63,203 nt of DNA, filler included, from Octopus bimaculoides (GCF_001194135.2; 3 parts of 3 records of this genome joined end to end with filler, not necessarily neighbours in it); one strand, 5' to 3'. Counted from the whole stretch's first letter, positions 43,892-56,700 are shown. The notes: generated by a model not told the origin, from the sequence alone. Made by a program: numbers and translations.

Positions 43892-44099
43892 TGGACAACA
43901 CATTGCCGCACTGCTCATGTGTTGTCCAACATTTCTGACATCCTTATACTTAAGCAATTGGTTCTTAGCAATATACAACCTTCTCCAAGCAGCTATGACG
44001 TTTCAAAAATACATCTGTGGCGTAATACTTTTAGACATTTGCTGCATTTCAAAACTACGCCACATAACTGTTTTTTACAATGACTTTGAAACGCCATAG
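43892..44099. other. Two adjacent stem-loops
   Basis: Perfect 12-bp stem 43892-43903/43917-43928; nested inverted repeats 43993-44007/44085-44099 (14 of 15) and 44016-44024/44056-44064 (9 of 9). Confidence 0.8.
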
Positions 44100-44307
44100 G
44101 AACTAGGGAGCTCTGGCATGCTATGTTTATACATTTTCTGCATGGCAAAATTGCGATGCTTCTTTACATGAATTAAAGATTATTGTTTCTGTTATAGGTT
44201 TTCTGTTTTATTTTAAGTCATCCGAGCTGTTAGTGAAGCATACATGGTCCTTTTGAATCTATGTTAAAGAACCTGATGATGCTATTGTTTACATCGGCAT
44301 TTAATGA

Positions 44308-44372
<65 letters not shown>

Positions 44373-45042
44373 TAATGATAATGATAATAATAATAACCCC
44401 TTGTGGGTATTTGTTGCATTCTGTATAATAACGCTTGTTATCTGGTATGTGGCAAACATTAAGCTGTAGAAGCATGCCATCCCGTAACAAAGAGTAATGT
44501 TAAATATTAATTGCTACGCAAAAAAATGGAAAAACTTCGAACAAACAAAAAAATATGAATAAATAAAATTAACACGTATTTTCCTATTTTATTTCTTTTT
44601 TTTCCAGTTGATCGTAGATTACATTATAAAATTCTAAATAGTTATTGCCTTAAACATAATATGATCGACTAAAACATGAAAAGAAGTTTTTAAAAATTTC
44701 GAAACAATATTCTTTTATTGATAGTATTGTTGTTGTTATTGTTATTATTATTGCTATTGTTATTATTAAGATTTCAGAAATTAAATTACTCATTTCACTA
44801 TTCACCCACCATTTTTCATCTTATTTTTCATTAAAAAAGTATATAACTAATTAGTAATTTAAGATATTCAATAATTTGAAATGAAATGACTAAAACAAGA
44901 CAAAAAAAAATAACTAGAGAAAAGAAAAAAATTACAACAAAATACATTAGCTTATAATTTTTTTTTTAATGTAAAAAATACTTTAAGTTCTAAAATTAAA
45001 ATAATAATAATAATTATAATGCATTCTTTTTGCCTCAAGGGC

Positions 45043-45100
<58 letters not shown>

Positions 45101-45123
45101 TGATGATGATGATGATGATGATG

Positions 45124-45169
<46 letters not shown>

Positions 45170-45865
45170 CAACAACAACAGTAATGAAAAACCAGAAGAA
45201 CTACGAAAGTGTAACCATATCGATGAAGAAAGAGCAGGATAAAAACATTCGTACTTCAGTGCTTGACATTTCGACTAAAGATAGCTTCAAAGATATGGTA
45301 GGGGGATATCGATAATTGATAGTGAAACAAATGAATCATACTTCAATTACAGTGAATATTCTAGAAATTAATTTTGACGCTAACCACTGACCTATGTAAA
45401 GAGAGTTGGCTGAAAATGAAAATAACGAAGTACTATTGAACGGAGAACACATATACTATTACTTCTTACCGTCCCCCGTCTCTATCTTAGAATTAAACAT
45501 TTAATTCCGCTTCTTGCTTGTCTTCTGTGCGTATTGATTTAGATCGACAAGTGTGAGTTTCTATTAGTGATACTTCTGAATAGCTCTATATAAACTGCAT
45601 ACGGAGTGGGATGTCTATCTGTATGCGCGCTTGCAATAATGAAACAGAAGTAGAAATCTAGCAAATGAGGAAGATGCAACATGGTCGCTCACTTGTTAGA
45701 AACAGTGACCGATTGTCCATCAAATAAAGACTTAACCTCTTAAAGAAGGATGCATTTGAAATAATGTAGTCATACATACCCACAGATTGATGGAAGAATC
45801 AAGATTGAATACTATTGATCAAAGATTGTTTCACCTAGGAATGACTTGAAGGCTAAATGAAAACA

Positions 45866-46260
45866 GGCGCAGGCGTGACCTTGTGGTAAGAAGCTTGCTT
45901 CTTAACCGCATGGTTCCGAGGTCAGTCACAATGCGTGGTACCTTGGGCAAATGATTTCTACTGTAGCCTCAGGCCGACGAAAGCCTTGTGAGTGGATGTG
46001 GTACAGGGAAACTGAAACAAGCCTGTCGTATGTGTATGTCTGTCTGTTTGGGTGTCTGTCTGTTTGTGTGTCTGTGTCGGTTACCCCATCACCGCTTGAC
46101 AACCGGTCGTACATTGGCAGTTCAGCAAAGAGGTATGAAAGAATAAGTACTAGACTTAAGAAATAAGTCCTGGGGTCGATTTGTTCGACTAAAATTGCTC
46201 AAGGCGGTGCTCCAGCATGGCTGCTGTCAAATGACTGAAGCAAGTAAAAGATTAAAAGAA
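45866..46260 (+). mobile_element. SINE family A, full length
   Basis: tRNA-like head GGCGCAGGCGTGACCTTGTGGTAAGAAGCTTGC, central (TG)n region and 3' AAGGCGGTGCTCCAGCATGG...AAATGACTGAAGCAAGTAAAAGA; several related copies in the window. Confidence 0.92.
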
Positions 46261-47091
46261 AAGAACTACAAGAACAGGAAATAGATACATTTTTGTGTCA
46301 TTTGTGGAGTTAATATAAAATTGCAAGAACCACAAGAGCGAAAGGAAGCCCAACTAGGTTCGAAACATGGCAGAATAATTTCCTCATCTTTCTCATCTGC
46401 AAAGGAGATAGCTACAAGACTTTGCATTAGTTTACTTGCCACAGCGTAGGCGTTGACACATAAAATTTCTAATGAATTTTATAATATATTCTGCTTGTGC
46501 ACATTTAAAATACAGCTGAAACAAATGGCACATTTACTACAAATGAATTACAAATATTACAAATAAAATATCCCGTCATCATGCGACACGATATATAGAT
46601 AGATAGACATAAACACACACACATACACATACATACATATATATACATATGTGGTGTTTGTATGCGCTTATACACACTAGTACATGTATTCCGGCAAAAG
46701 TGATAGCAGTTTAAAGAAAATAGAATGAACTATTATTTAATAAATTCATCGACATAACATATATTCCATATATTTGATATAGACTTGTATAGTAAGAATA
46801 ATTAAACTTTTATTGAAAATATTTTGAAGGATTGGATCCAAAGAGAATTAAATATTATAGGAAGTTTCATACAAATTGTTTTAATATATTATTGAGACTA
46901 AAACAATAAATCTTCTTTATTAAATTGTTTTATTAAATTGTTAAAGATTTCTCCAACTATTATTTTAATAACCACTGGTGAGCCAATGCCACCAAAACTG
47001 TCAGTGATTCAAATGTTCAAATATACATTAAAAATTATATTCATTCATGATTTATGCCAAGAAACGCGTAAAAAGTCAGCATGAGTTTATA

Positions 47092-47289
47092 GTTCACAGT
47101 TTAATTACTTTAGTTCTTATTGCGCACAAGATTTCTTAACGATTTTCTTCCCTAAAAAGAAGGAAATTGTATCAAACACCGTTCTTTCAAAAACTAAACT
47201 AATGATAAGAATTATGTAAACTATAATACAGAATGAATAATTTTGGCGGGACAAAAAGGATACGCACGAACATCCACACCCACACACTA

Positions 47290-47338
<49 letters not shown>

Positions 47339-48136
47339 TACTGTGCTTGGCAGATGTATTAATTTAAATGTTAAGCTTTTCTGGTATGAGATACTTCTCG
47401 TTACTTTCGGTGTTTCATTGTATGTGTATTGGTGTGGTCATTTGTGAATAAATGTGTGTTTGCCAGAATCTGTGTACATGAGTTAGTGCGAATGTGTGTT
47501 TATGTGCCGAAGTATTTCATTGAGAATAGGATCTTCTTGAGATTTGAAATGTCAGTCAAACTTCAACAGGAGTTCGATGTTTTGCATGGTAGATCCCGAA
47601 TACACAAGAANNNNNNNNNNNNNNNNNNNNNNNNNNNNNNNNNNNNNNNNNNNNNNNNNNNNNNNNNNNNNNNNNNNNNNNNNNNNNNNNNNNNNNNNNN
47701 NNNNNNNNNNNNNNNNNNNNNNNNNNNNNNNNNNNNNNNNNNNNNNNNNNNNNNNNNNNNNNNNNNNNNNNNNNNNNNNNNNNNNNNNNNNNNNNNNNNN
47801 NNNNNNNNNNNNNNNNNNNNNNNNNNNNNNNNNNNNNNNNNNNNNNNNNNNNNNNNNNNNNNNNNNNNNNNNNNNNNNNNNNNNNNNNNNNNNNNNNNNN
47901 NNNNNNNNNNNNNNNNNNNNNNNNNNNNNNNNNNNGTTCACAGTTTAATTACTTTAGTTCTTATTGCGCACAAGATTTCTTAACGATTTTCTTCCCTAAA
48001 AAGAAGGAAATTGTATCAAACACCGTTCTTTCAAAAACTAAACTAATGATAAGAATTATGTAAACTATAATACAGAATGAATAATTTTGGCGGGACAAAA
48101 AGGATACGCACGAACATCCACACCCACACACTACGT

Positions 48137-48160
<24 letters not shown>
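47092..48160 (+). other. Exact duplication across an N gap (47092-~47318 = 47936-~48160), probable assembly artefact
   Basis: The second copy starts exactly at the gap edge; no differences seen before the (CA)n run. Confidence 0.8.
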
Positions 48161-48169
<9 letters not shown>

Positions 48170-48399
48170 CACACAACACGTTCTCGCACGCACCTATAAT
48201 TTTATTCTCTTGTCAATCTTCATTCCATGTCAACACACTGAAGTATGCTTTTATTTTCTCCATCTCTTTGACGCTGATTGTCTATATTCTGCCTCCCTTC
48301 TTATAATTACACTCTTACGAAAGTGAGAAGAATTACTCCGTTTTTGTATTTAATTTGCAAGATTCCTGATGTGAACACGTGTGTTGAAACAAATTGACC

Positions 48400-48565
48400 G
48401 TCATTACATCAATAATAACGAACACAGACACTGGTTCAGTTTCAATATATTTCATTCACATTTAACCAACAAATTAAACGATCGATTAGTTAGCTAATTA
48501 GGTAAATAACAATAAAGGAGTGAAATTGAACCAGTGCGTGTGCTTATTATTATTGGTGTAATGAC
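48400..48565. mobile_element. Foldback/MITE-like element with 45-bp inverted repeats
   Basis: 48400-48444 versus the reverse complement of 48521-48565: ungapped, 38 of 45 identical. No target duplication evident. Confidence 0.7.
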
Positions 48566-48675
48566 TCTCCTTAGATAGAAAATAAAGACAAACTAAACAT
48601 AAATATGCAAGGAAGTTCGTCCAAAAAATCTATGTATCTATACACACGCACACACACATATACAGACAGACATAA

Positions 48676-48730
<55 letters not shown>

Positions 48731-49211
48731 TGTCTCTATGCCTGTCTCTATGAATGTATGCACGTACATATATGCATAATATGTGTGTGTTACTATTGTT
48801 CTTTTCGCCTGTAGTATTTTATTTTAAAATACCTATTTACATTTTATCTTGTATTTAACATTAATGCCATTATCACCTTGTGTTTACAATTTCTAAAACT
48901 ACTTTAAACTATAACATCTTTTTTTTTCTTAATATTACAAGTAATTGTATCGTCATTAGCATCGCTTCCATCGTACTGCTCTTTCAGCCAACCCAACTCC
49001 AAATTTTCTCAGGGGAGACGATAGTGTTAGCATCTGTCTATATTGTGAGAAGAGAATAAGCAACAAGATCTCTTACTTTATTTCTATCCAAACACTGTAT
49101 CATTGTGTACATTATTATTCCAAATTAATTCCACAACTTATCACTTGGTCGAAAACTATTTACTTTCATACACACTATAGCACACAAATACACATACACA
49201 CACCATATATA

Positions 49212-49251
<40 letters not shown>

Positions 49252-49470
49252 NNNNNNNNNNNNNNNNNNNNNNNNNNNNNNNNNNNNNNNNNNNNNNNNN
49301 NNNNNNNNNNNNNNNNNNNNNNNNNNNNNNNNNNNNNNNNNNNNNNNNNNNNNNNNNNNNNNNNNNNNNNNNNNNNNNNNNNNNNNNNNNNNNNNNNNNN
49401 NNNNNNNNNNNNNNNNNNNNNNNNNNNNNNNNNNNNNNNNNNNNNNNNNNNNNNNNNNNNNNNNNNNNNN

Positions 49471-49514
<44 letters not shown>

Positions 49515-50344
49515 GTGTGTGTGTGTGTGTGTGTGTATAAATACATTTATATATATATTTTTTTAATATTCTCTAATTACTAAAAAAAACAACCACAACT
49601 CATCATTATAAACGAAAGTTAGCACCAGTGAAAATTCTTTTGTCGCTCAACCATTTTATTTAGAGTCTTCACTGAGATTCTTCTTGTGTTTCCATCACCT
49701 TTCACTTTCATTGTGAAGAACTGACCAAATAACATTTTTTTCATCGTTTTTATTTACGCATGTATTCACATATTTCTTTTTGTATTTACTTACTTATTCG
49801 TTGGTTTATTTATTTTTATATATTCATTTACCTCCTATTTATTTGTGTATTTATTCACTCACGAATTTATTTTATTTGATTCATGTACATCCATATTCAT
49901 TTATTATTTTTTCTTTATACATTCGTTTCAGTTATTTTCGTTTTGGTTAGATTTATTTCCACCCATCTCATACTTTTATATAGCTCATTAACTATTCATT
50001 TCGAACCCTATTCCTTTCATTATGATACCTATTTATCTTTTATTTTTACCAACTTCTCAACAAGATACTATAATAGCTGTTCTAATATATGCATCCTTTT
50101 CTGACCAGTTGATCCTGTCCACAAATCTCTTTGAACTAACTTTGACCCAACTCGAATACGATTATACATATTGTATAGACACTCAATGACTATTCCACTC
50201 TCTGACGAATCCTTCAAGAATATAACAGTATTTATTTTGTAAGAGCTTCCTAGCAATAAAAAGATGAATATTCTCTCTACTTGATGTACTGAGTATCTTA
50301 ATATAGCTAAGATTCCTTTTGTTTCCAACGGAATCGCTAACTGA

Positions 50345-50394
<50 letters not shown>

Positions 50395-50875
50395 ATATGC
50401 GTACATATATATATTTTATATGCTGAAGAGATCAATAAAGAGAGCCAAACACGAGTCTATAATTGATCCCTGGCCCCGCAAAAATATTCTTTTGCCCTTT
50501 CTGTTGCATTTACCCCATCTCGTGAACATAATTGAATTTCATGAAATTATCTCCCCTTCTTTATCCGAGACGATAAAATTTGCCGTAACGTCTTTGTTTT
50601 CGGTTGTTAATGTAGACGGAAATTTCAATAAAGAATCTATTTTTTCACTTAATTACACACACACAAAAAAAACTACACACAACCACGTTTGAGTGTATAC
50701 TTGTATACACATGTAAATATATGTACATATAACCGTATAAATGCGATTGTACAAATATATAAGTATATATGTGTGCTAATAAAAATATATCTGTGCGTAT
50801 ATGTGTGTGCACCTATATGCTTATATATTTATATAGGTATGTATGCATATATATACATATAGGTATGAATATACA

Positions 50876-51001
<126 letters not shown>

Positions 51002-52326
51002 CTTTTATGTTTGTAAGATATTTTATTACATTTTTGCCTCTGCTTTGTTTCAATATATGAGACAATATTGAATACTCTATATTTATTCGTGCAACAACTG
51101 ATGTAACTTTATCGGCAAAACCTCTCGTAAATGTCATTCACCTCCCCATTGACTGGCGACAATATACGAAAGATGTGTCATTGGTGACTTTTATCTCATA
51201 TGCTTACAATTTCCACAGAAATAATACCAATTTTGTCAATACAGGATGCCATAAAAACAAACCATTAAAACCTGTAAGATTCCATGGATTTCATTTCCTT
51301 GTTGTTCGTTCTGTATTTGCTTTACTCGTAAAGAAATATTGCTGGACTGAATTAGATTTTGTGTGTTTGTTACTGAAACTTATGAGTGGTGATGGAGATT
51401 CATGCAACTCCGTTGGGTTGTTGTATTATCATTCAAGACTGAGAATTAATTTAATGTATATGTGGAGAGTGTCATCCTAGCGGAACGTAGCTTAATTTCT
51501 GAGCTGGAAACATATTTCATGTAGGATGAATTAGAATCATGAAACATAATGACTCGGTGAGGAAAAAAATCAATATTTCTCAATGATTAATTCTTTTTTT
51601 CTTTTTTTTATGATTTCTGTATAAGCGGGAGTCAATTTCAGATTTTTTTCACTAGTCAAGTGCGGATGTCCAGTGTCGTACATTTATCAAAGGAATTTTC
51701 AATCATAACATCACCATGTAAGCTGAAGTTTATGCATTACTGATGAAATCAGAATAATATGGAATGAAGTCAGGAGTTGTTTACCGAAATAAGTGAAATA
51801 ATATTAGTCATTGATTTCGTTTTTATCATCACATAATTTCTATTTAGTCTGTTGCTGTCTCTGTCTATGGCAGAGCAAATTTTATATAATGCACACTAAT
51901 GCAACATTCATGAATACTGCAATGCTGTCACAGCGTAGAATAGTGAACTTTACTAGTTCACTTTACCCATCCACATGCAATACAGTAATTTCTTTTATGT
52001 CATTAGGAGTGAAATGTTTTGGTTCTGGAAACTATTGTCTTCGTAATAACGTTTAAACGGATAATTCTCTACTTAGTAGCTCGATATCCAATGGAGTCAC
52101 TATCAGCGATTAATGCAACTTGTATTAAATAAAACCCTACAACTGTCTATTTTATCTGCCAATACAATTCTTCCTTGTTAGGAATTTGCCAATCCAAAAC
52201 TAAACGGATAACTAATAATCAGATATGTTACCATAACACTTAGGGTTGCCGAATATCATCACTGAAAAATTACTCTTCCAAACGGTATGTTAGAATTCAA
52301 AGCAAGTGATTTCATACTACTTAAAT

Positions 52327-52908
52327 AGGATCTTTTTTAAAACGGGGGCCACATTTTTCATTAACGAAACACTTTGAAACTTGGAACACTGGTAGAATGT
52401 GTCATATAAAACATCTTTTTCTCTAAGTCTTCTTTTAAAAAAAAGAAATCCATAAGTTATTCCATGTTAAAGTTGTCGTATTTCTGTAATTTCAACCAAT
52501 CACTGCCGTCCATTCAGCCGATATACATTAAGTGCCGACTACATAAACAAACGATTCTGAAACAATTAACCCTAACCCTAACCCTAACCTTAACCCAAGG
52601 GTTAGGGTTAGGGTTAAAGCAAATTTAAAATGAAAAAAGCAAATAAAACGAAGGTATGGAGATTAAATACGCTTTACATCGCTTAATCAGCCAAAGGAGT
52701 AAATGTAAACAACTGAATACTTGTCAGTGATTGGTTGAAATTATCGAAATAAGACAATTTTTTACATGAAATAAATTCGAATACAAAAATATTTTTCTGT
52801 TCTATAACACAAAATAGATAAGTATACGAAGTTTGAAAGTCTTTCCGTACCAAAAACACTACGTAAAACATTAATGAAAAATGTGGCCCCCGTTTTAAAA
52901 TAGATCCC
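52327..52908. mobile_element. MITE (possibly Kolobok-type) with central telomeric-repeat palindrome
   Basis: TIRs GGATCT(T/A)TTTTAAAACGGGGGCCACATTTTTCATTAA at both ends, an inner IR TTTCAACCAATCACTG/CAGTGATTGGTTGAAA, and TTAA at 52909-52912 and 52321-52324. Confidence 0.85.
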
Positions 52909-52986
52909 TTAAATAAGCTATAACCATGGCAGAAACTGGAGTATAGGGAAATCTGAGAGAAAGAAAACGTCTCAAATGAATGGGCT

Positions 52987-53052
52987 TTGTTGTTTCAAAC
53001 AAGTACTTTTGTTGTTTCAAACAAGTACTTTTGTTGTTTCAAACAAGTACTT
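52987..53052 (+). repeat. Perfect 22-bp x3 tandem repeat
   Basis: TTGTTGTTTCAAACAAGTACTT three times. Confidence 0.95.
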
Positions 53053-54180
53053 AAAAACGTTATGGAAATTATTTTGTGGCAGATTGTTATTGCAGAGGAC
53101 GTTATACGCTCAGCTGTTATCGAACAGTCATAAAATCAACGCTATTCCAGATATGAATATCTCCGAATTTGCTGCGACAGTGTATTTAGGACAACCTTAG
53201 CCAATATATCTTTCCATTCTTAAAATGAAACGCTGTGTCTTGACAGGAATTTGACTGCTACGTTGATAGGTTACTTGATCGATAGAATTTAAATGCTTGA
53301 GGTACACACAAAACGCAGTGCGAGTGGAAACCTAGAAGATTTAGACTAGGTTTTCTGTATTTGTGTATTATATTTAGCTAATAGATTTTTGAATAAGGCC
53401 AGGACCAATTAATATAAACCCAGTTTAGTCGTAGATTGTAGCCTGTAGTTGTAAGATGAAAAATCTTTCACTTTCACCCCTTATTTTGTTACTTCTTTCT
53501 CCTTCTGTCTATAGCTATCCCTTGTCCCTCATTCTCTCTCTTTTCTGTTTACCGAAGCTAAGCCAAACAAGCCTGAATTCATTGTAGATACGAAAACCTT
53601 ATCCATAAAATCAAATACTTTGGGGCTTTGTGTTTAGCGCGTAACTTGAAAGATTGTCGCTATTTCCGCTTCAAAATTGTAAATTTCTAAACTTTTAATG
53701 TTTCAGTCCCCAAGCAAATGTATAATGGTAGTTAAAATTAAAAGAAAGATGTATTTGTAATTTGAATGAGAGAAAATAAAGTTACTTTGGAAAAACACGT
53801 TTAACTAAAATTGAGAAGTGTCGTCATCCATAAAAATATATAAACTGTTTTGCAGCTTGCTAGGATTGAATCTGTGTGAACTGCAAATTCAATCCCCTAG
53901 AAAGCAATTATATACACCAAGAAAATACAAGATTTTAAAGATCCATTATGGCAAAGAACAGAAAACGCGAACAATTGCTGCAATTATTCGCAGTCAAACA
54001 AACTTTAGCAAAAAGAGCTCGGTATCAGAAGAAACAACAGTTATTTACTAATAGTTTAACTGTTAAATATATCTTGACAAAGGAAAAATAAATATTGATT
54101 CAATTCTAAATATATTCTTGAAAATTGACTCTGAGCCACTTATACAAAAATCGAATAACTCAGTAATAGATAGAGAATTT

Positions 54181-54480
54181 GGTAAATAAGTACTCTACGA
54201 CGGTTATGAGCTGCCAACAGAAGAGGAATGGTTGAGTGCTAAGTAGAACTCTCACACTGACCTACCAAAACAAAATATGAATATGTTACGACTAAATAAA
54301 ACTTCGTTAAGTAAATACTTAAGACGGTACGTGACTCGCCAAAACAAAAACGAAAGTCTTGGTAGTAAATAATACTTAAAACTTGGCGATGACTTGCCAA
54401 ATGAGTTGTTTATATTTCTGAAATGTCTTCCTGCCTAATATGGCACTACTTAAATAATTAGTAAACACTTAAAACTGTCC
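54181..54480 (+). repeat. Degenerate array of ~55-95-bp units
   Basis: Recurring AGTAAAT-ACTTAARAC...TGAC(Y)YGCCAAA motif starting near 54181, 54241, 54309, 54364 and 54460. Confidence 0.55.
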
Positions 54481-55111
54481 ACAGTCATTAATTGGATTTT
54501 GGTAATAAGGTTGACTATTTCGGTTTAAACTACATTTTGCGTATGGAAATACATTTAGTGCCAATAAAAGGTCAGTGAAAATATATTTTTGTAACAAGTT
54601 ATGTAAGGAAACTGTTGGCTCGCTCGATTCTGAACAGAAGCCAACTTTATCTCATGCAGCAATATTTGTTTTTATTTATTTCTTTGCATTTTCAGTTAAG
54701 TGACTTTTTATCAGCGAGCTAGAGATAATAACATCCACCATATTCTTTAAGTAGAAATATTAATCTATATATCCAGCAGATGATAAAACGAATAGATAAG
54801 TGAAAGATGTTCTTTCTATTGGGCGAAATCTAATAAAATTAAATGATAGGCTATTTAGAATAATTTTGAACAAGGCTCCCGATATTCAGTAATACAAAGC
54901 AATACTTGGTCCCGTATTTGGTTACCATATTTTATACAGAGATTCATTTAATAAACACGAAAATGTTTATATTTTGGTGGTGGAAATGAGATTTTCGTGT
55001 CTTTCAAAACATTATCAGTTGCACAAATTAAATGATTCACTTTATTATTTCTCAGTATTATAGCAGCTGTGGAGAAAATATTCCTCCAGCTTTCAATCAC
55101 ACGCTAAATTC

Positions 55112-55316
55112 TTGGCAGAATCGTTGGCATGCCGGGCGAAATGCTTAGCGACATTTCGTCCGTCTTTACGTTCTGAATTCAAATTCCGCCGAGGTTGACA
55201 TTACTTTTCATATTTTCGAATATCGAAAAATTAAGTATCAGTCAAGTACTGGGGTCCATGTGATCGGTTGTCCCCCTCCTCACAAAACTCCAGGCCTTGT
55301 GCCTATAGAAGAAAGG

Positions 55317-55390
<74 letters not shown>

Positions 55391-55700
55391 CATATGAGCT
55401 GGCAGAGTCATTAGCAGGCCAAACGAAATGCTTAACAGTATTTCGTCTTTCTTCACGTTCTGAATTTAAATTCCGCTTAGGTCGACTTTGCCTTTCATCC
55501 TTTCAGAGTCGATAAAATAAATACCAGTTGAACACTGGGGTTGTTGTTATTGACTTATCCCCTCACCCCAAATAGCTGCCCTTGTTTGCAAAATTTGAAA
55601 CCATTCTTATTATTATTATATAAAGGCGGCGACCAGGGAAGAATCGTTAGCAGGCCGGAGCAAATGCTTAGCGGTATTTCGTCTGTCGCTAAGTTTTGAG
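55112..55700 (+). mobile_element. Three head-to-tail SINE family B copies joined by (TTA)n tails
   Basis: Copies at about 55112-55390, 55394-55620 and 55624-55700 (truncated), mutually homologous. Confidence 0.9.
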
Positions 55701-55789
55701 GGCGGCTGGGATGCGCATTTGCAAACAGCGTGATATCACTGTAAGACGTTTTAAGAACGTGACTTACGACGCTCACTTAAAGGAAACAC

Positions 55790-55970
55790 CGACTTTTTCG
55801 ATGGAGTTCCATAAGGAAATGTTTCGAGGAATCGCTCCATTGGATTTGCTGTCAGCTATACAAGCAAACACTCTTATTAGCTATCCAAACCATACGAAAA
55901 TTTGCAAGTAATTTTGGTCTCTGGATGATAATGTTGCGTGCGCGCGCTCATACGTGTTCGTAGGAAAGAT
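55790..55970 (+). mobile_element. Possible hAT transposase dimerisation-domain remnant
   Basis: PLDLLSAIQANTLISYPN...ICK then VACARSY resembles PLxLLxFI...FPN...TVASxERSF. Confidence 0.4.
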
Positions 55971-56092
55971 ATCTATTTGCAATAGTATTTTTATTGACAA
56001 GTATTCATGGGTTAACAAGTGTTCTATTGAGCAAATTGATGCTTAAATAACCTTGACCATCATGTATCATATATACATATATATATATATAT

Positions 56093-56192
56093 NNNNNNNN
56101 NNNNNNNNNNNNNNNNNNNNNNNNNNNNNNNNNNNNTTAATTAATTAANNNNNNNNNNNNNNNNNNNNNNNNNNNNNNNNNNNNNNNNNNNN
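56093..56192. other. Artificial scaffold spacer (N44-TTAATTAATTAA-N44)
   Basis: Same structure as 24735-24834. Confidence 0.95.
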
Positions 56193-56510
56193 GTGGTGGT
56201 GGTGGTGGTGGTGGTGGTGGTGGTGGTGGAGGTTGCGATGATAGTGTTCGATGCAGTGGTGGTGGCCGTCGTGGTGATGCTAACGTTGAAGGTAGCGGTT
56301 GTGATGGTTTTGTGGTGGCAATAGTCATCATGGCGGTTCTGGTAGTAGTACTGGTTATAACAGAGTATATGCTGAGTTTAGTTGTATGCCCAGTCATTGT
56401 TGACGTGTTATGACTGTCCTTGTAATGATATGGAATTGCATTACTGGTATTATAAAACCGTGAGATTTGTGTGTATGTGTATACACACACACGCACACAC
56501 ACACACACAT

Positions 56511-56700
56511 ATGGAGTGAAAATTTACAAAAAAACAAAAGACGAAGACGGGTTTGTAAACAACAAAACGATGTTTAAGATTAACGTTCGGAGAAAGTCTT
56601 TTACGTTTCGAGCCTACGCTCTTCCACAGAAAGGAACACAGAAATAAACAGGGAGAGAAAATAGAAAAAGGTTTATGCAACAAACTAAAAGGGTGACTTA
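56511..56700 (-). mobile_element. Penelope-like element terminal fragment
   Basis: Homologous to 60305-60470; carries a minimal hammerhead motif typical of PLE termini. Confidence 0.65.
56597..56634 (-). ncRNA. Minimal type-I hammerhead ribozyme-like motif (variant core)
   Basis: The minus strand reads CCUUU-CUGUGGA-A-GAGC-GUAG-GCUC-GAAAC-GUA-AAAGA. Confidence 0.55.

Noticed and set aside
50068-50346. About 90 open codons on the minus strand after a tttcag acceptor
   Set aside because: Length is within chance expectation for this window; no motif recognised.
52566-52617. Relic of a telomere-telomere chromosome fusion
   Set aside because: Orientation is CCCTAA then TTAGGG, the reverse of a fusion signature, and it sits inside a TIR element.
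52987-54480. CRISPR-like interpretation of the 22-bp triplet or the 54.2-54.5 kb array
   Set aside because: The triplet has no spacers; the array units are too diverged and irregular; the context is eukaryotic with no cas genes.
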